Source: Gammaproteobacteria bacterium
GTDB lineage: Bacteria; Pseudomonadota; Gammaproteobacteria; JAJDYQ01
Assembly: GCA_028289815.1 (NCBI GenBank)
Contig: JAPYNQ010000037.1
Coordinates: 3,953-67,952 of the forward strand
Length of the DNA: 64,000 nucleotides
Direction of reading: 5' to 3'
The position numbers and the translations under genes are program-made. Positions 17,532 to 27,637 of the stretch are shown piece after piece. Numbering within the stretch: position 1 is the first letter of the stretch; each line of letters starts with the position of its first letter. The notes under the pieces are model-generated. The model searched no databases and had not been told where the DNA came from. It was given only the letters and a program-made list of their open reading frames with translations.

Positions 17532-17891
17532 GTGGCAAGAGTGAGACGTGGTGTGGTCGCGCACGCCAGACACAAGAAGGTGTTGAAGAAAGCCAAGGGC
17601 TATTATGGTGCCCGTAGTCGGGTATATCGGGTTGCCAAACAGGCCGTTATCAAGGCGGGGCAGTATGCTTATCGTGATCGCCGTCAAAAGAAGCGTCAAT
17701 TTCGTTCTTTGTGGATCGTGCGCATTAGCGCGGCGGCCCGTGAGTGTGGTTTGTCTTACAGCCGGTTTATGGGTGGTTTGCATAAGGCGGGGATTGAAGT
17801 GGATCGCAAAATTCTGGCGGAACTGGCGGTTGATGATAAGGCTGGTTTTGCAGCACTGGTCGAGAAAGCGAAAGCAACGCTGGCGACTTGA
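17532..17891 (+). CDS. rplT: 50S ribosomal protein L20
   Basis: [39 protein letters not shown]... is a classic L20 sequence. Confidence 0.95.
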   Translation: MARVRRGVVAHARHKKVLKKAKGYYGARSRVYRVAKQAVIKAGQYAYRDRRQKKRQFRSLWIVRISAAARECGLSYSRFMGGLHKAGIEVDRKILAELAVDDKAGFAALVEKAKATLAT

Positions 17892-17934
17892 TGTATGGAG
17901 CACATCGTTCGGCTGGGACCGGGCGTGAGGTTAG

Positions 17935-19062
<1,128 letters not shown>

Positions 19063-19074
19063 CCGGGGCATGTG

Positions 19075-21450
19075 ATGAGGGTTAGTGAGCAATGGTTGCG
19101 TGAGTGGATTAATCCGGACATTGATACTGCCATGCTGGCCGAACAGCTTACGACTGCTGGCCTTGAGGTTGATAGTGTATTGCCTGCTGCTGGAGAGTTC
19201 AGCGGTGTGGTGGTTGGTGAAATCACGGAAGTTCGACCGCATCCGCATGCGGACAGACTAAGGGTTTGTCAGGTGAACGATGGTCGGGAACAGATTCAGG
19301 TTATCTGTGGTGCGGCCAATGTCGAGATTGGAATGAAAGCACCATTTGCCCGAGTGAATGCAAAACTGCCGGGAGACCTGAAAGTCAGTAAAGCCCGAAT
19401 CAGAGGTGTGGAGTCTTGTGGCATGCTGTGTTCCGAGCAGGAGCTGCGCATGGCGGACAGCGCTGGAGGGGTGATGGTTTTGCCGTCGGAGGCACCGACA
19501 GGTATGGCGGTGGAAGATTATCTGGCGCTGGATGATCGGATCATTAAGCTGGACTTAACCCCGAATCGAGGTGACTGCTTGGGAATGTTGGGCATCGCCC
19601 GTGAGGTCGCGGCTATCAATAATATGGATTTACGAGAGCCCGATGTCATGAGTGTGAGGGCATTGGTCGAAGACAGGTTTCCTGTCGAGCTTCATACCCC
19701 TCGGTATTGCCCCATATATGTCGGGCGGGTTGTAAGAGGTATCAACCCTGCTGCGGAAACTCCCGTATGGATGCGAGAGAGGTTGAGACGCGCCGGTTTG
19801 CGTGCGATCAGTCCGGTGGTTGATATTACCAACTATGTGTTACTTGAGTCAGGACAGCCTATGCACGCCTTTGATCTGCATAAGTTGAAGGGCAGCATTC
19901 GGGTACGTATGGCGCGTCCCTCCGAGAAGCTCGTCTTGTTGGGTGGCAGGGAGGTTGTGCTGGATGATGATGTGCTGGTTATTGCGGATGAAGCACAGGT
20001 GTTGGCTATGGCTGGGATTATGGGAGGCGAGGACTCTGCCGTTGACGCTCAGACGCGGGATGTGTTTTTTGAGGCCGCCTATTTCAGTCCGTTGATCATC
20101 GCGGGTAGGGCGCGTCGGTATGATATGTACACTGACTCATCGCATCGTTTTGAGCGTGGTGTTGACCCCAAGCTTCAGGTGAAGGCTATAGAACGGGCCA
20201 CCGGCTTGCTACTGGAGATATGCGGTGGTTCGCCAGGACCGGTAGTTCAGGTTGTCAGCGACCCTCATTTGCCTGTAAAGAACAAGATATTTCTAAGAAG
20301 TGAAAAAATTTCGAGACTGCTGGGGATTGAGATCCCGGCAGAGCAGATTGAGATGTATCTGGACAGGTTACAGATAAGTCGCAGCGGCGATAATGGGAAG
20401 TGGTCCGTTTTTGCTCCGTCGCACCGGTTTGATCTGAATATTGAGGCTGACCTGATTGAGGAAATTGCACGCCTTTACGGTTATGACAAAATCCCCCGAA
20501 CGTTGCCCAAGGTACCGCAAGCCATGATAACTCAACCTGAGTACCGTATAGCACTGGACAGTTTGAAAGACATTATGGCGGAACGGGGATGGCAGGAAGT
20601 AGTAACCTATTCTTTCGTTGATCCTGAGCTACAGGGGATACTGTCACCGGACAGGCCGGCTGTGAATTTGAGCAATCCGCTGTCGAGCGAGCTGTCGCAG
20701 ATGCGCACCAGCCACTGGACCGGGTTATTAACGACACTGAGGCGTAACCAGAACAGGCAGCAAAAACAAATCCGGTTGTTTGAAACCGGCTTGAGTTTTA
20801 TAGATACGGATAACGATATTGATCAGCAATCATGGTTTTCCGGTATCGCGAGTGGGTTTTATGCGGCAGAGCATTGGTCTCGAGTACCTCGCCTGATTGA
20901 TTTCTATGATGTGAAGGGGGATGTTGAGGCGCTATTTGCGCACATACGGACCCAAAATAGTCTGGTTTTCAGGGCCGATAAACATGCAGCTCTGCATCCC
21001 GGACAAACTGCCAGGATATACCGAGATGGGAGCCCAATAGGCTGGTTGGGTGTTTTGCGCCCTGATGTGGAAAAGAGCCTGTCGCTTGAAGGCCCGATTA
21101 TTTTATTTGAGATACAGGGGAGTGCCTTGCTTGACGCAGTTCCCCGCCGGTTTGTTTCAATATCCAAATTTCCCAGTATCCGGCGCGATTTGGCGATCAT
21201 TGTGGATGAGGAGACTACATCTGATGACATTTTGGGCGTCATTCGTCAAATACCAGATAAAACTATACAGAAATCATGGGTTTTTGATGTTTATCAGGGT
21301 AAGGAGATAGGGACATCAAGAAAAAGTGTGGCTTTGGGCTTGATTTTCTCGGATCCTTCAAGCACCCTTACAGATGAGGATGTAGGATCGACTATCAACA
21401 AGATTATTAGTAACTTAGCTGATAAAATTAATGCAACACTAAGAAGTTAG
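19075..21450 (+). CDS. pheT: Phenylalanine--tRNA ligase beta subunit
   Basis: About 790 aa. The N-terminus MRVSEQWLREWINP and conserved blocks are present throughout. It follows pheS. Confidence 0.95.
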   Translation: MRVSEQWLREWINPDIDTAMLAEQLTTAGLEVDSVLPAAGEFSGVVVGEITEVRPHPHADRLRVCQVNDGREQIQVICGAANVEIGMKAPFARVNAKLPGDLKVSKARIRGVESCGMLCSEQELRMADSAGGVMVLPSEAPTGMAVEDYLALDDRIIKLDLTPNRGDCLGMLGIAREVAAINNMDLREPDVMSVRALVEDRFPVELHTPRYCPIYVGRVVRGINPAAETPVWMRERLRRAGLRAISPVVDITNYVLLESGQPMHAFDLHKLKGSIRVRMARPSEKLVLLGGREVVLDDDVLVIADEAQVLAMAGIMGGEDSAVDAQTRDVFFEAAYFSPLIIAGRARRYDMYTDSSHRFERGVDPKLQVKAIERATGLLLEICGGSPGPVVQVVSDPHLPVKNKIFLRSEKISRLLGIEIPAEQIEMYLDRLQISRSGDNGKWSVFAPSHRFDLNIEADLIEEIARLYGYDKIPRTLPKVPQAMITQPEYRIALDSLKDIMAERGWQEVVTYSFVDPELQGILSPDRPAVNLSNPLSSELSQMRTSHWTGLLTTLRRNQNRQQKQIRLFETGLSFIDTDNDIDQQSWFSGIASGFYAAEHWSRVPRLIDFYDVKGDVEALFAHIRTQNSLVFRADKHAALHPGQTARIYRDGSPIGWLGVLRPDVEKSLSLEGPIILFEIQGSALLDAVPRRFVSISKFPSIRRDLAIIVDEETTSDDILGVIRQIPDKTIQKSWVFDVYQGKEIGTSRKSVALGLIFSDPSSTLTDEDVGSTINKIISNLADKINATLRS

Positions 21451-21465
21451 ATATTTTAGGGTAAT

Positions 21466-21762
21466 ATGGCGCTGACCAAGGCAGACATTGCAGAAAAGCT
21501 GTTTGAGGAACTGGGCCTGAATAAGCGTGAGGCCAAGGAATTGGTGAATTATTTTTTTAAGGAAATTCGTGATTCATTGGCCAATGGTCATCAGGTAAAG
21601 CTATCTGGTTTTGGTAATTTTGACCTGAGAGATAAGAACCAGCGGCCGGGGCGCAATCCAAAAACGGGAGAGGAAATTCCTATTACTGCTCGCCGTGTAG
21701 TGACTTTCCGTCCGGGACATAAATTAAAAACGAGAGTAGAGGCGTATGCTAGATCCAAGTGA
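21466..21762 (+). CDS. ihfA: Integration host factor alpha subunit
   Basis: 98 aa: [73 protein letters not shown]. Confidence 0.9.
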   Translation: MALTKADIAEKLFEELGLNKREAKELVNYFFKEIRDSLANGHQVKLSGFGNFDLRDKNQRPGRNPKTGEEIPITARRVVTFRPGHKLKTRVEAYARSK

Positions 21763-22102
21763 TACACGTGACTTGCCCCCAATTCCGGGGAAGCGCTACT
21801 TTACTATCGGTGAAGTCAGTGGATTGTGTGCGGTGAAATCACATGTTCTGCGCTACTGGGAGCAAGAATTTCCACAGCTAAAGCCTGTTAAGCGTCGCGG
21901 GAATCGCCGATACTATCAACGCCATGACGTAATCACAATCCGCCAGATCCGGAATTTACTATATGAGCAGGGATTTACGATTGGTGGTGCGCGACAAAGG
22001 CTTTCTGGCGAAGATGCTAAAGACGATGCCAATCAGAGCCAGCAGATCATTCGCCAGCTTCGTATTGAGCTTGAAGAGGTACTGCAAATTCTGAGGCGCT
22101 GA
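21746..22102 (+). CDS. MerR-family transcriptional regulator (the conserved one following ihfA)
   Basis: Helix-turn-helix [25 protein letters not shown]...RRYYQRHDV. Conserved pheST-ihfA-merR-tRNA-Pro synteny as in pseudomonads. Confidence 0.8.
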   Translation: MLDPSDTRDLPPIPGKRYFTIGEVSGLCAVKSHVLRYWEQEFPQLKPVKRRGNRRYYQRHDVITIRQIRNLLYEQGFTIGGARQRLSGEDAKDDANQSQQIIRQLRIELEEVLQILRR

Positions 22103-22193
22103 TTTTTAGATCATTTCCCGACCTGAACCTTAAGAAAACTCGGATAGTTTTACTTTTTGAATAGACTGTTTACTGTACAATAGTTTTGTGTTT

Positions 22194-22270
22194 CGGGGTG
22201 TGGCGCAGTTTGGTAGCGTACCTGCATGGGGTGCAGGTGGTCAGAGGTTCAAATCCTCTCACCCCGACCA
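22194..22270 (+). tRNA. tRNA-Pro (anticodon GGG)
   Basis: CGGGGTGTGGCGCAGTTTGGTAGCGTACCTGCATGGGGTGCAGGTGGTCAGAGGTTCAAATCCTCTCACCCCGACCA. Acceptor stem CGGGGTG/CACCCCG, anticodon loop ATGGGGT, encoded CCA. Confidence 0.9.
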
Positions 22271-22451
22271 TTTTGGCTTATAAGCGTGGTAGATGGTTAC
22301 AGGTATTAAGGGTCTGGCGATAGGCCAAGCCTATCATGTTCTGGGTGCTTAATATATTAAGGGTCAATTTTTCCCTTGCACTACGAGAAGGATGGAAGTG
22401 AGTGCAATATCAATATTTAGGTGCTCAGTTCCCGAGGCTAAACACTTGATT

Positions 22452-23117
22452 CTATACGGCGTAGGCGCGTCGAATAAGCGGATTGAGTATACGACTGAAG
22501 AATCCGGTCAGCTGTACCGGTCCCTCGGTTACCGCCAGACAGATACATTCACAGTCACGGGTTGCAACGGGTGTGTGTCGATCATTCTGGTCGCGTAGTA
22601 AGAAGTCGCCTCGCTGGTAAAGGCCCTTTTCGTCAGAGAAGCTGCCTTCTAGGACAACGGTATATTCATCACCCTGATGGGTATGCGTTGCTGCTGCGCC
22701 ACCGGGTCTGATTTTAAGCAGCTCTACCTTGGCACCGTTATTGTCGCGCCACAGCTCGACACGAGATATGTCTGCCGATACTCGTTTCCAGCCAAGGTTA
22801 TCACAGCTGCAGTTAATGAATTGGCGCAGGCAGCGTGGGAGCGAAGAATTGACTTCGGATGTTGTTTCCACTTGTTTTTCGGGCAGGCTATCAAGTTGTT
22901 CTAGAGTGCGTACTTTCAGTTCGGCTGATGCTGGTGATGGCTTGAGCTTCTGCATGAGTGTGCTACCGATTCGATCCAGGTACCGTAGTTTGTGACCACA
23001 GGCATCACAATACTCCAGATGGGTCGATACACACAGAGCTTGGCTCAGTGGCAGGCTGCCGGCCGAGTAAAGGGCCAATAGTTCGTCGGTGGGGTGATGG
23101 TTTGTGACAGTCATCAT
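22452..23117 (-). CDS. chrR: ChrR-type anti-sigma factor (zinc anti-sigma domain + cupin domain)
   Basis: N-terminal HLEYCDACGH (HxxxCxxC zinc motif) and a C-terminal cupin-like fold. Its start overlaps the ECF sigma stop (ATGA). Confidence 0.8.
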   Translation of the reverse strand: MMTVTNHHPTDELLALYSAGSLPLSQALCVSTHLEYCDACGHKLRYLDRIGSTLMQKLKPSPASAELKVRTLEQLDSLPEKQVETTSEVNSSLPRCLRQFINCSCDNLGWKRVSADISRVELWRDNNGAKVELLKIRPGGAAATHTHQGDEYTVVLEGSFSDEKGLYQRGDFLLRDQNDRHTPVATRDCECICLAVTEGPVQLTGFFSRILNPLIRRAYAV

Positions 23118-23704
23118 TACCTTGTGACCAGTACTTTGAGTTTCTTCATCGCTAGGCGCACCCTCGATTTGACGGTACCTAGTGGCAGTTTCAGTTCTGC
23201 GCTGATTTGCTGATGGCTTTTTCCCTCCAGATAGACCCTGGTTAATACTTCAAACTGTTCTTGCGGCAGTTTTTCAAGACCTGCCTTTATGCTTTCTTCA
23301 ATACGACTGATCTGCGCCTGCTGAAATGGCCCGGGGCTGTCATCTTCGATTTGGCTAAATATATCGGTCGGGTTGATTGTGTTGGCATGTCGATTACTGC
23401 GGCGCATAAGATCAATACGACAATTCCGTGCCAAGGTAAAAATCCAGGTGTTCAGATTCGACAGTCTGGCGTTATATTTGCCCGCCTTCAGCCAGACCCG
23501 TATCATAACTTCCTGTACCAGCTCGTCGGCTATTGGATCGGCGCCAGGTTCACGCGCTAGGCTGTAGGCGCGCAGCTGCGGTGCATAGTGGTCGAATAGC
23601 TTCGCGAATGCATGCTTGTCACGGTCTTCGGCAACCCGGCGCATACACACGCCCAGAGATGCCAGCTTGTCGCTGGTTGCCTGGTTTTCAGCCATTTTGC
23701 CCAT
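23117..23704 (-). CDS. rpoE: ECF (group IV) sigma-70 factor, RpoE/SigE-ChrR type
   Basis: 195 aa with sigma region 2 (ELVQEVMIRVWLKAGKY) and region 4 HTH (QQISAELKLPLGTVKSRVRLAMKKL). Cotranscribed with the anti-sigma gene. Confidence 0.85.
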   Translation of the reverse strand: MGKMAENQATSDKLASLGVCMRRVAEDRDKHAFAKLFDHYAPQLRAYSLAREPGADPIADELVQEVMIRVWLKAGKYNARLSNLNTWIFTLARNCRIDLMRRSNRHANTINPTDIFSQIEDDSPGPFQQAQISRIEESIKAGLEKLPQEQFEVLTRVYLEGKSHQQISAELKLPLGTVKSRVRLAMKKLKVLVTR

Positions 23705-23736
23705 TTGCCGGGTTTAGTTTGAATGAACGGAATATC

Positions 23737-23794
23737 ATACGTGCTTCGCACGGTTGCGGATCACTGTTGATCCGATTTTACCAGGGTATCGTAT
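23737..23794. promoter_or_regulatory. Divergent pair of ECF-type promoters: TGATCC-N16-CGTAT on both strands, the two -35 elements forming the palindrome CGGATCA-ctgt-TGATCCG
   Basis: Plus strand: TGATCC 23768-23773, 16-nt spacer, CGTATAAGG 23790-23798, pointing into the cfa-like gene. Minus strand: TGATCC (complement of 23758-23763), 16-nt spacer, CGTAT (complement of 23737-23741), pointing into rpoE-chrR. Confidence 0.5.
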
Positions 23795-23887
23795 AAGGTG
23801 GCAGAATGGGCGTAGGGCGGAGCAGGTTTTTTTGAGAATCAATACAATCAGCACGGGGTGTGTTGTTAAAGTAAGTATGAGGGATGG

Positions 23888-24934
23888 GTGGTGAGCATCG
23901 CCGGTGCTCGTGCAATTGGATGGGTGGAGCAGGGTTTGGTGCCGGATCGCGTGGTTCGCGCAGCTATCCGCCGGTTGTTGCAGCAACGTATTGACGAGCT
24001 CAATCCGACCGATAGCGAAGCTACTGCCGAGCGGTTGGAAGCCTTTATACAGATGATGAATGCGTCGCCGGTTGCGCCGATCCCAGAAAGGGTTAATGAG
24101 CAGCACTATGAAGTTTCGACTGATTTTTTTTCCGAGGTGTTGGGTGAAAAGCTCAAATACAGCAGTTGCTATTGGCGGCAACAGCGGCAATCGCTGCAGC
24201 AGGCAGAGAAGGATGCGCTGCAAATTACCTGTGAGCGTGCTGGTGTCAGGGACGGCATGCGCATTCTTGAGCTTGGTTGCGGCTGGGGTTCATTGACGTT
24301 GTGGATTGCGCAGCACTATCCTCAATCAAGTATTACCGGGGTATCCAACTCTATTGCTCAGAGAGAATATATTGAGGCCCGGGCGCACTGTGAAGGTCTC
24401 AGTAATGTGCGTGCGATTACCGCCGATATGAACGACTTTGCGATTGACCGGCGATTTGACCGGATATTGTCACTGGAAATGTTCGAGCACATGCGTAACT
24501 ACCGTAAATTGTTCCGGCGTATTTATCACTGGCTTGCGCCGAATGGCAGGTTTTTTATGCACATTTTCTGTCACCGTCTGGTGCCATATGAGTTTGTTGA
24601 TCGTGATGCCAGTGACTGGATGAGCCGGTATTTTTTCAGTGGCGGCATTATGCCGAGTGATGCCTTGCCGCTTCGTTTTCAGGATCATTTGAAGCTCTGC
24701 CGGCAGTGGCGCTGGAATGGTTGTCATTATGAGCGTACCCTTAACGCATGGCTGGCGCAAATGGATAAGCGCAAGTCGAGGATTATGCCGGTTTTGCATC
24801 GTACCTATGGTGACGATGCTGATATCTGGTGGATGCGCTGGCGCCTGTTTTTTATGGCGTGTGCTGAATTGTTTGGCTTTAATAACGGTCAAGAGTGGTG
24901 GGTTAGTCACTATCTGTTTGAGCGACGGCTATAA
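23888..24934 (+). CDS. Cyclopropane-fatty-acyl-phospholipid-synthase-family SAM-dependent methyltransferase
   Basis: SAM-binding motif ILELGCGWGSLTLWIAQH, Cfa-like C-terminus. GTG start called by the ORF track. Confidence 0.8.
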   Translation: MVSIAGARAIGWVEQGLVPDRVVRAAIRRLLQQRIDELNPTDSEATAERLEAFIQMMNASPVAPIPERVNEQHYEVSTDFFSEVLGEKLKYSSCYWRQQRQSLQQAEKDALQITCERAGVRDGMRILELGCGWGSLTLWIAQHYPQSSITGVSNSIAQREYIEARAHCEGLSNVRAITADMNDFAIDRRFDRILSLEMFEHMRNYRKLFRRIYHWLAPNGRFFMHIFCHRLVPYEFVDRDASDWMSRYFFSGGIMPSDALPLRFQDHLKLCRQWRWNGCHYERTLNAWLAQMDKRKSRIMPVLHRTYGDDADIWWMRWRLFFMACAELFGFNNGQEWWVSHYLFERRL

Positions 24935-25001
24935 GGAAATGCTGAGTGTTTTCTGTGAACCTTGTGTCGGAGCCGCTCGTTCGGCTTTTCGAGATTTACC
25001 A

Positions 25002-25559
25002 ATGAAAATTGTGATCAATGTGGTGATCTATCAAATCTGCTGGCTTGGGTGTGTTTTCGGCGCAGCCAATATGGTGCCATTGCTCGGTATTGTACTGGTC
25101 GCTGCTGCGCTTGCCTGGCACTTGTACATGGCGCCTCGCGTCGGGGCCGAACTTGGCCTGATTATTATTGTCGCTGTTATCGGTGCAGCTTGGGATAGCG
25201 TGCTGGTCACCGCCGGCTGGTTGGTTTATCCCTCCGGTACTCTGATTCAGGGTGCTGCGCCCTATTGGATTGTGGCACTTTGGATCAGTTTTGCTACCAC
25301 CTTTAACGTCAGTCTGCGCTGGTTTAAGCGTCATCTACTGTGGGCCAGCCTGCTTGGTGCAATCGGCGGGCCGCTCGCATTTCTTGCCGGTGAGCAGATT
25401 GGCGGCGTGGTATTTACTGATCACTTTATTGGTGTTGCCATGCTGGCACTGGGCTGGGCCCTGTTAATGCCGTTAATGATGATCATTGCCAACCGATGGG
25501 ACGGTTTTCGTGAACTTGAGACGCCGCAGGAAACGGTAATGGCCGGTAATCGGGGATAG
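25002..25559 (+). CDS. Small polytopic membrane protein (hypothetical)
   Basis: Likely start is the internal Met MKIVINVVIYQICWLG at 25002. The upstream part of the ORF-track call overlaps the cfa-like gene. 4-5 hydrophobic helices. Confidence 0.4.
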   Translation: MKIVINVVIYQICWLGCVFGAANMVPLLGIVLVAAALAWHLYMAPRVGAELGLIIIVAVIGAAWDSVLVTAGWLVYPSGTLIQGAAPYWIVALWISFATTFNVSLRWFKRHLLWASLLGAIGGPLAFLAGEQIGGVVFTDHFIGVAMLALGWALLMPLMMIIANRWDGFRELETPQETVMAGNRG

Positions 25560-25561
25560 GC

Positions 25562-26371
25562 GTGTTCGACCTGCAAAGCTATTTAATCGGCTTGGTTGTG
25601 GTTATATTGGTTGCTGTCGCTTCGTGGGTAGTCAGTGTGATCAGACGCGATGTCAGTATCGTTGATAGTATGTGGTCGCTGATGTTTTTGTCTGCTGCGA
25701 TGGCTTATGCCATGAACCTGCAGGCACCCGGTCCCCGCTTGGAACTGGTACTGTTGCTGGTTACAATCTGGGCATTGCGCCTGTTTATCTACATCACTTG
25801 GCGCAACTGGGGGGCTCAAGAAGATCGGCGCTATCAAGCCATCCGAACCAATAACGAGCCCCATTTTGTACTCAAAAGTCTGTATAGCGTGTTCGGTTTG
25901 CAGGCGCTAATCGCTTGGATAATATCACTGCCATTGTTGGTGGCAATCGCGAGTCCGGTCGGTTTTGGTTATCTTGATCTGGTCGGTGTTCTGCTCTGGA
26001 CTTTGGGGATGATATTTGAAGCAGGTGGTGATTATCAGCTGATCAAATTCAGGTCAGACCCGCAAAACCATAACAGAGTTATGGACCGCGGCTTGTGGCG
26101 CTATACACGCCATCCTAATTATTTTGGTGATGCCTGTATCTGGTGGGGATTTGGTTTGCTTGGTGTCGCCGCCGGCGTATGGTGGGTACTCTTGTCGCCG
26201 GTGTTGATGACGTTTTTGCTGCTCAAGGTTTCGGGGGTTTCGTTGCTGGAGCAGGACATTGGTGAGCGTCGTCCGGCATACGCTGACTATATTGCACGTA
26301 CCAATGCGTTTTTGCCGGGACCGCCAAGAAGGTATAAACCCGGAAGACAACAGAGTGAGGGCCATGACTAG
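25562..26371 (+). CDS. DUF1295 / ICMT-like membrane protein (steroid-5-alpha-reductase/isoprenylcysteine-methyltransferase fold)
   Basis: Polytopic membrane protein with the characteristic C-terminal YTRHPNYFGD motif. Confidence 0.6.
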   Translation: MFDLQSYLIGLVVVILVAVASWVVSVIRRDVSIVDSMWSLMFLSAAMAYAMNLQAPGPRLELVLLLVTIWALRLFIYITWRNWGAQEDRRYQAIRTNNEPHFVLKSLYSVFGLQALIAWIISLPLLVAIASPVGFGYLDLVGVLLWTLGMIFEAGGDYQLIKFRSDPQNHNRVMDRGLWRYTRHPNYFGDACIWWGFGLLGVAAGVWWVLLSPVLMTFLLLKVSGVSLLEQDIGERRPAYADYIARTNAFLPGPPRRYKPGRQQSEGHD

Positions 26372-27029
26372 GCCGAGTCTTTTATTAGCTGGGATAGCCG
26401 CATTATTGTTACACAATCTGCCGGTTTTCGCTTTGCAGGCGGCCAGTCAACGTCAGGAACTCATATTCCAGGTTTGGCTTGACGACGAACCAATCGGCAT
26501 GCACAGCTTTCGCTTTACTACACATGCCAGTCATGAAACAGTGGATATCCGCGCCGATTTCGACGTGACATTTCTTACAATTCCTGTCTATAGCTATGAC
26601 CACCGCAATCGTGAAACCTGGAGCAATGGCTGCCTGGAGATGATTGAGGCCTATACCGATAATAATGGTGATGAATATCGGGTTCATGGTCAGCGCAGCG
26701 GTGCTGTGTTTGAGCTCATAACCCTTGGCGAGACTACTGAATTGCAAAATGACTGTGTGATGAGTTTTGCCTATTGGGACCAGCGTATTTTACGCCAGAA
26801 CAAACTACTGAACGCACAAAACGGTGACTATCTACCAGTTGAAACTAAAGCAGCCGGTACAGAGCAGCTGCAGCTCGGCCATACGCAGGTCAGTGCGCGG
26901 CGCTACGACTTGCGGAACCAGGACAAGGGTATCGATATCAGTATTTGGTATGGCATTGAATCAGGCCACTGGCTATCGCTCGAATCGCGTGTGGATGGCC
27001 GGGTGATTCGTTACCTGCCGACGCAATAA
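26364..27029 (+). CDS. Exported hypothetical protein (signal peptide)
   Basis: MTRPSLLLAGIAALLLHNLPVFALQAASQ is a signal-peptide-like N-terminus. No recognised motifs. Overlaps the previous gene by 8 nt. Confidence 0.4.
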   Translation: MTRPSLLLAGIAALLLHNLPVFALQAASQRQELIFQVWLDDEPIGMHSFRFTTHASHETVDIRADFDVTFLTIPVYSYDHRNRETWSNGCLEMIEAYTDNNGDEYRVHGQRSGAVFELITLGETTELQNDCVMSFAYWDQRILRQNKLLNAQNGDYLPVETKAAGTEQLQLGHTQVSARRYDLRNQDKGIDISIWYGIESGHWLSLESRVDGRVIRYLPTQ

Positions 27030-27095
27030 TGGCAGTCGGGTAAATTCTGATTGGTTGTGCGAAATGGAGAGACCTGTTACAGGGAGTAAAACATC

Positions 27096-27617
27096 ATGTT
27101 TGGCCGAATTTGTAGCACTTTGTTGGTAGTGATGAGCTTGGCTGCCTGCGCTTCGCCATCGTCTATTCACACGGTGGATTATGTCGATCTGGAGCGCTTC
27201 ATGGGGGATTGGTATGTCATCGCTAATATCCCGACTTTTGTTGAAAAGGGTGCGCATAATGCAGTGGAGTCCTATTCAATGAATGCGGATGGCACGATCA
27301 ATACCCGCTTTACTTTCCGACAGGATGGTTTCGATGGTGAACTCAAGGAATATAACCCGCAGGGATTCGTGCGCCGACAATCCGGTAATGCCGTCTGGGG
27401 GATGCAGTTCATCTGGCCATTTAAGGCCGAATACCGGGTCGTCCACTTAAAAGACGATTATTCACAAACCATTATCGGGCGTAGTAAGCGCGACTATGTC
27501 TGGATTATGGCGCGCACACCGACTATAGAAGAATCGGAATTGCAAGTGATGAAGTCATTTCTGGAGGAACAGGGGTACGATACCTCTCAAATACGCAAAG
27601 TACCACAGCATTGGTAA
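27096..27617 (+). CDS. blc: Bacterial lipocalin (Blc-like) lipoprotein
   Basis: Lipobox LAACAS, then VDLERFMGDWYVIANIPTFVEKG and YVWIMARTP, the lipocalin signature blocks. Confidence 0.8.
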   Translation: MFGRICSTLLVVMSLAACASPSSIHTVDYVDLERFMGDWYVIANIPTFVEKGAHNAVESYSMNADGTINTRFTFRQDGFDGELKEYNPQGFVRRQSGNAVWGMQFIWPFKAEYRVVHLKDDYSQTIIGRSKRDYVWIMARTPTIEESELQVMKSFLEEQGYDTSQIRKVPQHW

Positions 27618-27637
27618 CCAAGCCGGCAGATTAGCAG

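Noticed and set aside
22271-22451. Looked for an att-site-like repeat of the tRNA-Pro 3' end or an integrase just downstream of the tRNA
   Set aside because: No repeat of the tRNA 3' end, and no recombinase ORF. The adjacent rpoE-chrR cluster has host-like composition.
24717-25001. N-terminal 95 codons of the 280-aa ORF 24717-25559, which overlap the 3' end of the cfa-like gene
   Set aside because: The hydrophobic protein proper begins at Met 25002 (MKIVINVV...). The upstream extension is in an alternative frame of a well-supported gene.
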